This document shows, one piece after another, positions 1 to 9,926 of a stretch of DNA of 64,000 nucleotides; the first letter of the stretch is position 1, and each line of letters begins with the position of its first letter. The DNA comes from Candidatus Thorarchaeota archaeon (GTDB lineage: Archaea > Asgardarchaeota > Thorarchaeia > Thorarchaeales > Thorarchaeaceae): NCBI GenBank assembly GCA_011364905.1, contig RDNZ01000001.1:32001-96000 (forward strand), in the 5' to 3' direction. Made by a program: the position numbers and the translations under genes. Below the pieces are notes generated by a model that saw nothing but the letters and a program-made list of their open reading frames with translations, ran no database searches and had not been told where the DNA came from.

Positions 1-1
1 T

Positions 2-730
2 ACTGGACCAACTGCTGCAATGTGGAGTGAACACCAGGATATTCATGTACTTGAAAAGGAAATTTCCGAACTGAATTCCCAAACCGATAGCAAACTCATC
101 AAGTTTCTGGGAAAAATGTCTGAACCAACTATGGACCTGGTAAACCTACTAGCCAGCCACTTCAACAAGGAGAATACCATTCTCTTTCCGGCCTCCCTCA
201 GGCTACTCAAGGAAGTAGAATGGGATGCAGTGGCCCAAGATTTCGACGACATCGGATACAGCAGTTATGCGATAAAACCCGCTAGAGGAGCAGCTACTGT
301 CGAGGAGAAACAGGCATCTGTTTCAACTAACGACGTTGTGTTTGGTAGTGGTAGACTTTCTATTAGCATTCTCGAAGCAATGTTCAATCATTTGCCAATT
401 GACATAACCTTTGTTGACGCCCACGATCGCGTGCAATTCTTCAGTGAGTCACCTGATCGTATCTTTGTTCGATCTCGAGCTGTTATCGGAAGAAGTGTAC
501 AGCTCTGTCATCCCAAGAAGAGTCTGCATGTCGTTGAGAAGATTCTACAAGACTTTAGAGAAGGCACGAGAAACTCTGCAGAGTTTTGGATTGATCTTAA
601 GGGAAAGAAAATCCACATACGCTACTTTGCTGTTCGTGATTCTAATAGCGAATACTTGGGTTGCTTAGAAGTCAGCCAAGACATAACCGAGATCTTGAAG
701 ATAACGGGGGAAAAACGACTATTGGATTAA
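2..730 (+). CDS. Hemerythrin/DUF438-PAS domain protein (5' partial)
   Basis: Frame is open from the window edge. Hemerythrin-like HxxxE (HFNKENTILFP) followed by PAS_10-type segment (LPIDITFVD, RSRAVIGRSVQLCHP, YLGCLEVSQD). Confidence 0.8.
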   Translation, partial: TGPTAAMWSEHQDIHVLEKEISELNSQTDSKLIKFLGKMSEPTMDLVNLLASHFNKENTILFPASLRLLKEVEWDAVAQDFDDIGYSSYAIKPARGAATVEEKQASVSTNDVVFGSGRLSISILEAMFNHLPIDITFVDAHDRVQFFSESPDRIFVRSRAVIGRSVQLCHPKKSLHVVEKILQDFREGTRNSAEFWIDLKGKKIHIRYFAVRDSNSEYLGCLEVSQDITEILKITGEKRLLD

Positions 731-733
731 AGG

Positions 734-1618
734 CTATTCTCTCGGCCATTCGGGGACCATTGAGTAGTAAGATGTTTTCATTTCACTAGAAAGAACCGCA
801 ACAGGCATGTGAGGAGTGTCAAAACGGATGGCCACATTTCCTTGGTTATCTGCGAGGATAAGTCCAGCCTCACCAGTAGTCTTCTGACGCAACTCAGACA
901 TCACGGTTTCAGCTGCTTGGTCAACCGTCAGACCTTGCTCGACATGAAACACAGCCATTCTCCCCATTGTGATGCGCAGGATCTGTTCTCCTTTCCCGGT
1001 ACAACTCACACCAGCAATATCGTTCGCATATACGCCAGCGCCGATAATGGGTGAGTCGCCAACACGACCAGGTAGCTTTCCAGGCCATCCGCTTGTGGAT
1101 GATCCTGCGGCGATTCTGCCCTTACTGTCAACTGCCAATGCTCCCACAGTGTCACATTCCCGAGCAATGGGTGCTACATCAGTCCTCTGTTTCTCCTCTT
1201 CTTTTCGGTAGCCTTCAGCTAACATCTGTTCGTACAGCTTGTTTGCACCGGAACCAACAATCTGCGAGTTTGAGGTTCTCTCAAGAACATACCTTGCAAG
1301 TGAAACAGGATGAGCAATATCTTGAACAGCCATCACCGCTCCGCTTTGTAAGCGGTTGCCATCCATTATCATTGCATCAAGCTCGACCTCACCATCTCTA
1401 TTCTTGCTGGCTCCCAATCCTGCAGTGAAGAGATTAGTTTCCTCAAGCACCCAGATCGCAGTCTCTACGGCATCGAGAACTGAACCACCCCTCTCTAATA
1501 CGCTCATTCCCCTCTCTGCTGCTTCCTTGACGGATGTCAGAATGTCTTCGTGATACTTGTCATCGAATACAGTTGCACCGCCATGAACGACAACCACAGG
1601 TAGTTTCACTAGAAGCAC
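734..1618 (-). CDS. iaaA: Isoaspartyl peptidase / plant-type L-asparaginase (Ntn hydrolase)
   Basis: VVVHGGA, ELDAMIMDG, D-TVGA autocleavage nucleophile Thr, GRVGDSPIIGAG, TGKGE. Confidence 0.9.
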   Translation of the reverse strand: MLLVKLPVVVVHGGATVFDDKYHEDILTSVKEAAERGMSVLERGGSVLDAVETAIWVLEETNLFTAGLGASKNRDGEVELDAMIMDGNRLQSGAVMAVQDIAHPVSLARYVLERTSNSQIVGSGANKLYEQMLAEGYRKEEEKQRTDVAPIARECDTVGALAVDSKGRIAAGSSTSGWPGKLPGRVGDSPIIGAGVYANDIAGVSCTGKGEQILRITMGRMAVFHVEQGLTVDQAAETVMSELRQKTTGEAGLILADNQGNVAIRFDTPHMPVAVLSSEMKTSYYSMVPEWPRE

Positions 1619-1673
1619 CTAACTCAGAGCATTCTAAAGGAGGACAAAAACATATCGAGATAGCCTTGCCTCG

Positions 1674-2573
1674 TTATAGTCCTAACCTGTGAAGTTCCTC
1701 TTCGAATATCAATTGTCTATCTTCAAGGGCGACTCTCCGTCCTGCAAATACTCCAAGATCGAGAGACCCAGCTCGCGCCTGCTCATCCAGTCTAGCAATC
1801 TCATCCTTAATTTCAGCTAGCCGTTCACGAATTACATCGACTCGCGATTTTGCACCCATCTCTGCGTCTGATGTAGGTGATTGAACTGAGATGATTTCGC
1901 CATCTCGGATTCTGTAAATTCTATCACATTGCCTTGCAATCGATGGGTCGTGCGTCACCATTAGCACAGTCTTGCCAAACTCCTTGTTGACTTTGTGAAG
2001 ATACTCAACGACTATAGCACCGGTCTCGGTATCGAGATCACCCGTGGGCTCATCGCACAACAAGACTTTGGGATCATTCGCTATAGCTGCGGCAATTGCG
2101 ACACGTTGGCGTTCTCCTCCAGACAACTCATCGGGTTTATGCTTCATACGGTCTCCCAGACCGACGATTCCAAGTAACTCCTCTACTCGAGCCTTTCTGG
2201 TAGCTCCATCAGCTTTTGCGGCAAGCATAGGCAGTTCGACATTCTCATAGGCTGTGAGTGTTGGGATCAGATTGAGTTCTTGAAAGATATGGCCCACGAT
2301 TTCTCTACGTAGAGCCACAAGTTGAGTTGGATTTGCATTGGTAACATCATATCCAGCAACCACCGTGCTTCCAGCTGTTGCCTTTGTGATTCCACCAAGG
2401 ATATTGAGAAGCGTGGTCTTTCCTGAACCACTAGCTCCAACTATGGCGACCATCTCACCTTTATCGACCTGCATCGAGAGACCCCGAAGGGCTTGGACCT
2501 CAACGCTCCCTATTCGGAAAACCTTCACGAGATCATCTGCTTGAATATACGCTTTATTACTCATCTTTGTCAC
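1674..2573 (-). CDS. ABC transporter ATP-binding protein (LolD/MacB-like) with C-terminal coiled-coil extension
   Basis: Walker A GASGSGKT, LSGGERQRVAIA, DEPTGDLD, VTHD; ~60-aa helical tail. Confidence 0.92.
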   Translation of the reverse strand: MTKMSNKAYIQADDLVKVFRIGSVEVQALRGLSMQVDKGEMVAIVGASGSGKTTLLNILGGITKATAGSTVVAGYDVTNANPTQLVALRREIVGHIFQELNLIPTLTAYENVELPMLAAKADGATRKARVEELLGIVGLGDRMKHKPDELSGGERQRVAIAAAIANDPKVLLCDEPTGDLDTETGAIVVEYLHKVNKEFGKTVLMVTHDPSIARQCDRIYRIRDGEIISVQSPTSDAEMGAKSRVDVIRERLAEIKDEIARLDEQARAGSLDLGVFAGRRVALEDRQLIFEEELHRLGL

Positions 2574-5360
2574 CTATTCCCTTAACACCTCAACTTTAGA
2601 TTCGGGCCGGCGAGAAGCCAGCCATACAGGAATTATCGCAGCAAGCAGGATAACTCCAATGAGAGTCATGTTTGTGAGGAATGCTCCTCCTCCCAGAACG
2701 ATCCTGTATCGTATCAGACCAGTAGCATTCTGGTTCTGTTGTGCCGCCTGACCAAGAGTCTGTGCTATTCCAACGACTCCACCCAGAATCAATGCAAACA
2801 GCACTGTGACCATCACTTCAGCAAGCAAGGTCTTGAACAGCTGCCATTTACTGAACCCTCGAACGGACAAGAGGGCAATCTCGGCATCTTTTTCCCTCAA
2901 AGTGAGGATAACAACAAGTCCCACGCCAGCCATGGCGAGTATAATGGCAAAACTGATGGCAAGATACTGAATCTTTGTGACACCACTTCTGAGGGGACTC
3001 GACTCATAGTCAGCAATCTCTGATGTAACGGAATATGTGGAATAAGCATTAGGAATACCTTGAAGGAATTGCTCTTGAAGAACAGTACCGTTCACACCTG
3101 GAGCTGTGTCGACCAGAACATTAGCAGTTGATGTGTATATCAGCATACTCCTATTTAGAAACGATTCCGATACAATGGAGATATAGTTCCCACCTGTAGT
3201 AAAAGTGTATCCAGCAATTGCTATTTCAATTATGGACTGGTAGCCTATTAGACCTACAATTGTTAGATCAAATTTGCCACCTCCAAACGGTCCATCTACT
3301 GTGATTGTGTCCCCAACCTTTAGATCTAAAGTCTTGGCAACGTCTCGTGATATTATAATACCGTCATCACCCAGATTTGCCAACATGTCAGCGAAACTTG
3401 TAGTAAACCATTCAGGTTCCCAATATCCGACATCAGCCCACTTGTCTGGTCGTATACCAAGAGTATCTATCGTATTGGATCCAGCTTTGAGATCAAGCTG
3501 GTACTCTGGAGTCACTGCCACGACCCCATTGTATGTTTCTGCCTCACTAAGGGCTTGCGTCATATTCGCTCCGGCATCCAATTGAATGCGGACATCCGCA
3601 CCTACGTTATATCGAGCAGTCCGCTCTGTGTAGTCAAATGTTGAGTAGAGACTGCCTGTGGCAAACACCCCATAGGATACAATAAGTGCAATAATGAAGA
3701 CGAGCGAAGCAGTCCGAGCTGGATTACGTTTCACATTCCTCGTGGCTAGATTTCCGAATGCCCCGAAGAATCTACGACCTGCCTGAACAACGGCTTCTTG
3801 GAATCTGAGTGATCCCTTCATAAAGACTCGAGTGGCACCATAGAGGAATAGGAGTGGCCCAATGTAGTTTAGGACACCGTCGATTGCCGCCCAGGCCACG
3901 AATAGAAGTGCGAGTGCGAAGTTTCCGAAATTGAGCGACCCAAGCAGACCACTAACATCAATCCCCAGTAACCAAACTATAAGTTTGTATGAACCGAGAA
4001 TCAGGGACACAGTTGGGAGAAGCTTCTTGTATTCAGACACATCTTCAACATAGATATACTGTTTCAAAGCATCAAGAATTTCCAGCTTTGAGGCTCGGCC
4101 TGCAGGTCTCCAAACAGAGAACAAACCGAGAAACATGCCCACAATAATTGACAGGATGATGGCGGTAATATTGCTTAGAACAGCTGAAACGATGTTAACA
4201 TCTGTCAATCCCAGAACAAAGTAGGCTGCACCTGTTCCCAGAAAGATTGCAATGGCTCCAGCGATTCCCCCAACTAAGGTCCCTTCAACCAAGAACATCC
4301 TTTTGATAGTGGGTCGTTTGTACCCTTTTGTGAGCAGGAGTCCAATCTCTCGTCGACGGAAGTTGTACCCTACATCACTCACCATTGTCCCGCTGAAATA
4401 TGCCAGCAAAAACACTGGAAGTGATATTGAGATGAACTGCAGATTCATTCCTAGCTGAGTGAACTGATAAGTGCTCAAAGGTGTCTGTAGATTGGAGATG
4501 ACAGTTCCATCATAAGAAGTAGCACGAATACTGATAGTATTCTGAAGAGCGGTCAATCTTGTTAATGATGCTCCAATGTCATATGGGTCCAAGTATCTGG
4601 AGCGATCAATACGAATCTGTATGACATTGCGAACACTAACATGATTGTGATAAGGTACTTCAGATGCTTCTTGCAGTACTGAGTCCGCGAATTGACTCCA
4701 ATCAGCAAGCATCAGATTGTAGGAGGATGAACCAAAAAGGGCGAGTGCTCCTGTACCACCTCCACCGGTTATCAAGTCAAAGATAGAAAATTGGCGTCGC
4801 TGATAAATGGAACTCCTTGTGGTTTGCGGCAGACTGACCAATCCAGCAACTGTAAGATTACGGTGGATAGTCGTTGGAAATGGTAAACTGGACACAGTAA
4901 TCTCCACATCAACAACCTGATCTAGGGAGAAAAGCGATTCATTTGCAGACCCTCTTACAATATAGGTTTCATTTGGTCCGAGGGTTGGGCGTCCAGAGAT
5001 CAGTTGCATTCCGGTTGTTAGAGGAGATGTCATATCAATTGCAGCAAGTGTCATGTTAACGTGGGTGTTGTTGAACTCAAAAGTGAATTGTGAAGAGTGA
5101 GTAACGTTAGTGACCCCATCAATCTCCAGGATGCTTGTTTGTAAGTTCTGAATATCTGACTCGGTCCAATTAGAGGATGTGCTTTCAACAGCAAAATCGA
5201 AAAGATGTTGTTCAACGCTTGCATCTAGTGCATCACGCGAAAGAACATCCGCCGCAACGTTTGTAGCTGCGAAGAAGGTAGTGGCTAGCAAGACTCCTAT
5301 CGTCAAAGCAATGAATAATCGATAACTACGAGCGACGCGCTTGAAAGCATACCTGAACAT
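2574..5360 (-). CDS. FtsX/MacB-like ABC permease (duplicated domain)
   Basis: Two FtsX motifs (RRREIGLLLTKG, REKDAEIALLSVRGFS), large extracellular loops, adjacent ATPase. ATG at 5360 preferred (GGAGA upstream). Confidence 0.88.
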   Translation of the reverse strand: MFRYAFKRVARSYRLFIALTIGVLLATTFFAATNVAADVLSRDALDASVEQHLFDFAVESTSSNWTESDIQNLQTSILEIDGVTNVTHSSQFTFEFNNTHVNMTLAAIDMTSPLTTGMQLISGRPTLGPNETYIVRGSANESLFSLDQVVDVEITVSSLPFPTTIHRNLTVAGLVSLPQTTRSSIYQRRQFSIFDLITGGGGTGALALFGSSSYNLMLADWSQFADSVLQEASEVPYHNHVSVRNVIQIRIDRSRYLDPYDIGASLTRLTALQNTISIRATSYDGTVISNLQTPLSTYQFTQLGMNLQFISISLPVFLLAYFSGTMVSDVGYNFRRREIGLLLTKGYKRPTIKRMFLVEGTLVGGIAGAIAIFLGTGAAYFVLGLTDVNIVSAVLSNITAIILSIIVGMFLGLFSVWRPAGRASKLEILDALKQYIYVEDVSEYKKLLPTVSLILGSYKLIVWLLGIDVSGLLGSLNFGNFALALLFVAWAAIDGVLNYIGPLLFLYGATRVFMKGSLRFQEAVVQAGRRFFGAFGNLATRNVKRNPARTASLVFIIALIVSYGVFATGSLYSTFDYTERTARYNVGADVRIQLDAGANMTQALSEAETYNGVVAVTPEYQLDLKAGSNTIDTLGIRPDKWADVGYWEPEWFTTSFADMLANLGDDGIIISRDVAKTLDLKVGDTITVDGPFGGGKFDLTIVGLIGYQSIIEIAIAGYTFTTGGNYISIVSESFLNRSMLIYTSTANVLVDTAPGVNGTVLQEQFLQGIPNAYSTYSVTSEIADYESSPLRSGVTKIQYLAISFAIILAMAGVGLVVILTLREKDAEIALLSVRGFSKWQLFKTLLAEVMVTVLFALILGGVVGIAQTLGQAAQQNQNATGLIRYRIVLGGGAFLTNMTLIGVILLAAIIPVWLASRRPESKVEVLRE

Positions 5361-5547
5361 TACTTCTGTCTCCAATAATTTCTAGGTTCGAATCATTTGC
5401 TTATAAGTTGTTTGATATTTGTCAAAAATCAAACATAACTCCAATATTGAATTCGAACAAAGAGAAACCCGCCACGATTTGTTGTCGTTCATATCAGAAT
5501 CGGTCCTTATAAAACTCGTGTTTATATCATATATGATATATTTTTGT

Positions 5548-6057
5548 TCATGGTCCTTTGCGTCTATCGTAGACGAGTGCCATAACAATAACCACAGCCA
5601 TGAATCCGATGCTCGACCCAACAACGATTGGTAGCGTGGCATCTTCTGGGATGGTCGGTGGTGGATTGGACTCGTAGACGATGTCACGAAACGCTGATGT
5701 TCTTGTGTTATTTGCAAGATCGTACGCACGAATTCTGACATTGAAGGTGCCGTCATTCGGAAAAGCCGGAACCGAGCCAGTATAGAAACTCCCATTGAAG
5801 CTCATTAGGCTGTTGAGAGTCATATTTGGACCAAATACCTCTACAGTGACATTTCTCACACCTGTTTCATCATCTGTGACATTCGCCCAAACACCGAAAC
5901 CCTGACCAAGCTCAGGTTGTCCCTCGAATCCCCATCCATAGACGTTTGGCGGTCTTGTATCTGCAGCGGTTACTGGTTGAGTAAATGAAAATAGGAAAAT
6001 CACGGCGATGGCTAATGCAAAGAGAATCATTGTTTGAGGGCGAGCCATTGTAATCAT
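5548..6057 (-). CDS. Small secreted Ig-like protein with C-terminal membrane anchor
   Basis: Signal peptide, DTRPP...ANVTDDETGVRNVT...IRAYDLANN beta-sandwich pattern, TM helix plus basic tail. Confidence 0.7.
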   Translation of the reverse strand: MITMARPQTMILFALAIAVIFLFSFTQPVTAADTRPPNVYGWGFEGQPELGQGFGVWANVTDDETGVRNVTVEVFGPNMTLNSLMSFNGSFYTGSVPAFPNDGTFNVRIRAYDLANNTRTSAFRDIVYESNPPPTIPEDATLPIVVGSSIGFMAVVIVMALVYDRRKGP

Positions 6058-6196
6058 CGAGTTTGAATCTGTTTTCCTTAATTAGGTAGTTCATTCACGC
6101 ACTAGGTTCAACCTACAATGCCTCTAGCGTATGCTGTAGAGGATAAGACGGCGCTATCAAGCGCCATCCCTATTGACTGACAATTCCTAACTTATC

Positions 6197-6787
6197 CTAC
6201 ATGAATTGGGATAGGAGTACAATTGCGAAAAGGACTATGATCAGTATGAAGCATAATAGCAATCTACAACCGCAGCTGCTGCCCTTGAAGAAGATTCGGT
6301 CAACGACAATGGCCGATGCCACAGCGTGCTTCCAGTCCATATAGTCTCCAACTTGAACCCTGAACTGGTCACGTACAGCGAGAATCTTCTTGTCAAGTTT
6401 GAAAGCAAAAATGCCTCCACTGCTTATGGCCTCAAATCCCCAAGCCAGAAACCCACCCTGAGCTTTCACTTCCTCATCACGATAGTACATCTTGAAGTTC
6501 TTTCTGAAGGCAATCCAAGGCCTGGTAAGCTTCACGAGTCTGTTGCCATCTTGGTCCTCCAACCAGAAAGTCTTGTCGAAGAACCCGCCTTTCGCAGTCA
6601 GAATTCTGTTCCCTTGCATATCTTCTATATGAATAGTAGACCTAAGGAAACTCAACCAAGTCTGACGAGCGATTCCTACCTGCTCTCCAGTAGTTTCATC
6701 AAAAATTTCATAGACTGGCCGTGCAGCCAGTATTTTCTGTTGAACTTTATAGTTATGACGTCCTGAATCACTGGGTGTTACTTCCAA
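6197..6787 (-). CDS. LURP-one/scramblase-like (tubby-like barrel) protein with C-terminal TM helix
   Basis: YKVQQKILAARPVYEIFD, repeated beta-hairpin pattern, KKILAVRDQFRV, terminal helix AVASAIVVD, then Cys-rich motif and hydrophobic tail. Confidence 0.7.
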   Translation of the reverse strand: MEVTPSDSGRHNYKVQQKILAARPVYEIFDETTGEQVGIARQTWLSFLRSTIHIEDMQGNRILTAKGGFFDKTFWLEDQDGNRLVKLTRPWIAFRKNFKMYYRDEEVKAQGGFLAWGFEAISSGGIFAFKLDKKILAVRDQFRVQVGDYMDWKHAVASAIVVDRIFFKGSSCGCRLLLCFILIIVLFAIVLLSQFM

Positions 6788-6852
6788 ACAAAAACCCCCA
6801 AACCAGTCCTAGCACAAACCCCCTAATAAGAAGTAGGGAATTGTTTGGACAC

Positions 6853-7491
6853 TTACTCGAGTGTAGGACCTCTATCATAGACACTGAACCACTGGCCGCA
6901 TGACGTACAGGTAATCCCCCGCTGATCATCTACTCTACCTGGACCAACCATCATCGAGTGACCGCAATGTGGACAGTTGACCTGCCTATCATGCACAGAA
7001 GCAAGTTGTTCTACCTTCTCGTGCTCTCTCTCAAACTCGTTTGCAATGTTTTTTCCCAGATAGCCCCCAATGAACGCGAGAAGAATGAAAAGTCCAGCGT
7101 ATACCAAAAAGCTGTAGAAAAGAGTGGAGGTGTATGCCAAAAAGAGAATTACAAAGAACGGATCAAAGACATACGACATAAAGACCAATAGCAGTCCTTG
7201 GCCCGCAAAACTCAGACAAGTCTGTTTGGGTCTAATGTCCCAAAGCGCAGCCGCAAAGATGCTGTTCAAGGCCCCCATCAAAACTATGAATGCAATAGCC
7301 ACTACTATCATTATTGACAGGACATCAGTGAAATTTGTGAAGAGCATAGCCCAAAAGAGATTCTCAAACAACCACAAGAGACCTATGGACATGATTGCGA
7401 AAGGAATGCCCTGCAAAAAGTATCGCAAGACAGTGTTCTGATCCTTGAACCGGTTGCCATAGTTATCGTAACTCACCCATCTGTCTTCCAT
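6853..7491 (-). CDS. Multi-pass membrane protein with C-terminal zinc ribbon
   Basis: About 4 TM segments; CPHC...CTSC. Start likely MEDRW (7491) rather than 7620. Confidence 0.7.
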   Translation of the reverse strand: MEDRWVSYDNYGNRFKDQNTVLRYFLQGIPFAIMSIGLLWLFENLFWAMLFTNFTDVLSIMIVVAIAFIVLMGALNSIFAAALWDIRPKQTCLSFAGQGLLLVFMSYVFDPFFVILFLAYTSTLFYSFLVYAGLFILLAFIGGYLGKNIANEFEREHEKVEQLASVHDRQVNCPHCGHSMMVGPGRVDDQRGITCTSCGQWFSVYDRGPTLE

Positions 7492-7573
7492 CCAATTAAC
7501 TCCTACAAACAAGTTGGAGCACAAGCAACCTAAAAGCTCTTCGTCTGCGCCAATTTTGCTCTTGGGAAGAAAA

Positions 7574-7620
7574 AGGCAGGCGGAGTTCTGTGCGAGTAAT
7601 GCGGTGTATTGCCGCGCCAT
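7574..7620. repeat. Degenerate 47-bp direct repeat, copy 1 (partner at 9880-9926)
   Basis: 36/47 identity with the partner by manual alignment; the 33-nt core has 4 mismatches, all transitions. Confidence 0.7.
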
Positions 7621-7699
7621 CTTTGCGTTTATCTCTGCGAAACTTTTTCAAACTGCATCCTTCTCTTTTCTTCTTTTGGTTCTCTCTGCGTCAACGTTT

Positions 7700-9754
7700 T
7701 CATGATTTCTTCTTTCTGATAGCTATAACTACAAGTGCTAGAGCAACCACTGCTCCAAATCCTACTGCTAACACAAGTAAGCCTAATTCATAGGGGTTAT
7801 CCTGTCCTGATGTCCCAACTAATCTAAGCATAACGGTATCAGAACTAGTGTGTCCATTCAGATCTGAAACAACAAGAGTCACATTATGAGAAGGACCGTT
7901 TATCACATTGATTGCAAATGTGAGGAAACCATTCCTCCATGTGCCTTGTCGGATTAACTCACCATTATGATACAACCAGTATTGGGCAGGGAAAACATCC
8001 CAAACACTCCATGTTACATTGACAACAGTGACACTGATGTCAAAATAGACATTATCTGGGTGACTAATATTTGGACTATACACATCTGCATCTGGCCACC
8101 TGTCTTGACTTCCTGCACTTCCAGGAATTGTGTAGGGATGATAACCTGATTCATAGTCATAATCACTCCAAAGGTTGCCTGTGTTCATACCATTATCCCA
8201 TTGATTCAGGAAGCCATTATCGATGGCATTTCCACCATGATTCCAACCGAAGACATTGAAGCATATTGTGTTGTTGGTTGAGCCAGCATAGATCTCCAAC
8301 CCCACACCAAGATTGTAAGCGATATTATTACTAAGGATCTCAGAATTATTCCCAAGATACAAGATTCCCCAATCATCCCCATCGATTATTTCATTATGGA
8401 CAATTCTTGAATTCCATATAGGTGCAGCCAGAATTCCCATGGAGTTAGAAGGCTGGACATAATCATCAGATGTATCCACTATTCGATTATCTACGATTAG
8501 CAATCTTGACCCAGAGAGACGAATTCCACAATAGCAAGACGTGATGGTATTCTCAAGAACTAGGCAATCGTAGCCTGACACCTCGATACCGGTGAAAGTT
8601 ACACCTGAAAGATGGTTTCTCTGTACAACTGAATCATAACAAGATGCCAAGTAGATCAATTTTGAGCCGCCGCTAGCATCCCCAAAGACAGTGTTATTCT
8701 GAACCGTGCAATCATGTGAGTAGTAGAGGGCAATCCCAAATCCATGCCCCACATGAACTATGCATCTTGATATCTGAGTGTTGTTTGAATAGTGAACAAT
8801 AATGCCTTGAGCAGTACCTTGGGATACAAGATCTTCTACACTACAGAAATCGGAATAAAGAATCTGGACACCATACGAAACATTCTCTATGGTTCCATTC
8901 TGGACAATGATGTTCTCGCACTGCATCAGGATTACCTGAGCGTAATCATCTGCATTGACTGTCATATTAATGGCATCCTCAAGGTAGAGAATAGGTTTGC
9001 CATTTGCACTATTTCCAGTAATAGTATAATCAAAGGTTGGTTCGTAAAGTATGTGGACATTAAGCGTAATTCCACCGTTGACAAAGATATTATCTATTAC
9101 AGTCATATTAGGGCTCCAACCGACTTGTAGGACCGCTGTATCAAAGAAGCAGTTTTTCACAATCGAGTCTTCGCAATAACTCAAGTCGACACGCATTGGA
9201 AAAGTGGTTGCTTGACTCTCAAAGAAATCGCATCCTGTAATATTGACGTCGTTCGAATGTTGGATTGAAGCTGCTGCCCAATCCATAACCATGATGTTGA
9301 AACCACTAATTGTGAGATGATCACTATATTCCACTTTGATGCCGCGATATTCACTGTATATCTCACATTCTTCGAGTGTCCCATTATCAGCATGAAACAG
9401 ATCTATGGTATAATTCAATGCAGTAGGTTGGAGAAAACAATCTCTAATGATAAAATGAACATCAACATATCTGATTTCGATCGGAACTTGTGGACTCGTA
9501 ATGTTCAAACCTTCGATGGTGAATGGGTTGGATTCCGTTCCGTTACCCGGCCAACCTTGATCAATAAAGTCTTGATTCCCACTGATGAAGATTGGTGCAT
9601 GCGGCGTATACGATGTTTGGAAAATACGGGTTGAGTCCGACATTTTGGTTGGCTCCTTAACTCCATCAAGCACGACTGAATTACTTGCTGTGAGAATGAG
9701 AAGTGCAATCATGAGAGATATCACAGAAGAATTCAACATCTTATGCAGCTTCAA
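7700..9754 (-). CDS. Cell-surface right-handed parallel beta-helix (NosD/CASH) protein
   Basis: Signal peptide, HAPIFISGNQDF..GWPGNGT..NPF, many GI.L..S..N.I..N repeats, GNLWSDY...IPGSAGSQD.WP, C-terminal TM + KKK. Confidence 0.85.
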   Translation of the reverse strand: MKLHKMLNSSVISLMIALLILTASNSVVLDGVKEPTKMSDSTRIFQTSYTPHAPIFISGNQDFIDQGWPGNGTESNPFTIEGLNITSPQVPIEIRYVDVHFIIRDCFLQPTALNYTIDLFHADNGTLEECEIYSEYRGIKVEYSDHLTISGFNIMVMDWAAASIQHSNDVNITGCDFFESQATTFPMRVDLSYCEDSIVKNCFFDTAVLQVGWSPNMTVIDNIFVNGGITLNVHILYEPTFDYTITGNSANGKPILYLEDAINMTVNADDYAQVILMQCENIIVQNGTIENVSYGVQILYSDFCSVEDLVSQGTAQGIIVHYSNNTQISRCIVHVGHGFGIALYYSHDCTVQNNTVFGDASGGSKLIYLASCYDSVVQRNHLSGVTFTGIEVSGYDCLVLENTITSCYCGIRLSGSRLLIVDNRIVDTSDDYVQPSNSMGILAAPIWNSRIVHNEIIDGDDWGILYLGNNSEILSNNIAYNLGVGLEIYAGSTNNTICFNVFGWNHGGNAIDNGFLNQWDNGMNTGNLWSDYDYESGYHPYTIPGSAGSQDRWPDADVYSPNISHPDNVYFDISVTVVNVTWSVWDVFPAQYWLYHNGELIRQGTWRNGFLTFAINVINGPSHNVTLVVSDLNGHTSSDTVMLRLVGTSGQDNPYELGLLVLAVGFGAVVALALVVIAIRKKKS

Positions 9755-9879
9755 TGTTCACCCCACCAAGATAGTCCGATGAAGAAATGCTCTTCTTAAA
9801 TCTCTTGTTTGAATGCTTTTGCTAAAACTGAAAACACAGGTGCAGCCTGATGTAATCCACCACTGAATGTAAAATGAAG

Positions 9880-9926
9880 AGGTGGGCACGGCTCTGTGCA
9901 AGCAACGCGGTGCATTGCCGCGCCAC
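9880..9926. repeat. Degenerate 47-bp direct repeat, copy 2 (can form a three-way junction)
   Basis: Partner of 7574-7620. Pairings: ggtgg/ccacc outer stem, gcac/gtgc hairpin and cgcgg/ccgcg hairpin. Confidence 0.7.

Noticed and set aside
7492-7620. N-terminal extension of the Zn-ribbon membrane protein in the ORF track
   Set aside because: Overlaps the non-coding repeat; an ATG with GGAG upstream at 7491 is more plausible.
7574-9926. Integron attC sites
   Set aside because: No RYYYAAC...GTTRRRY ends and no integrase in the window; kept only as a generic repeat.
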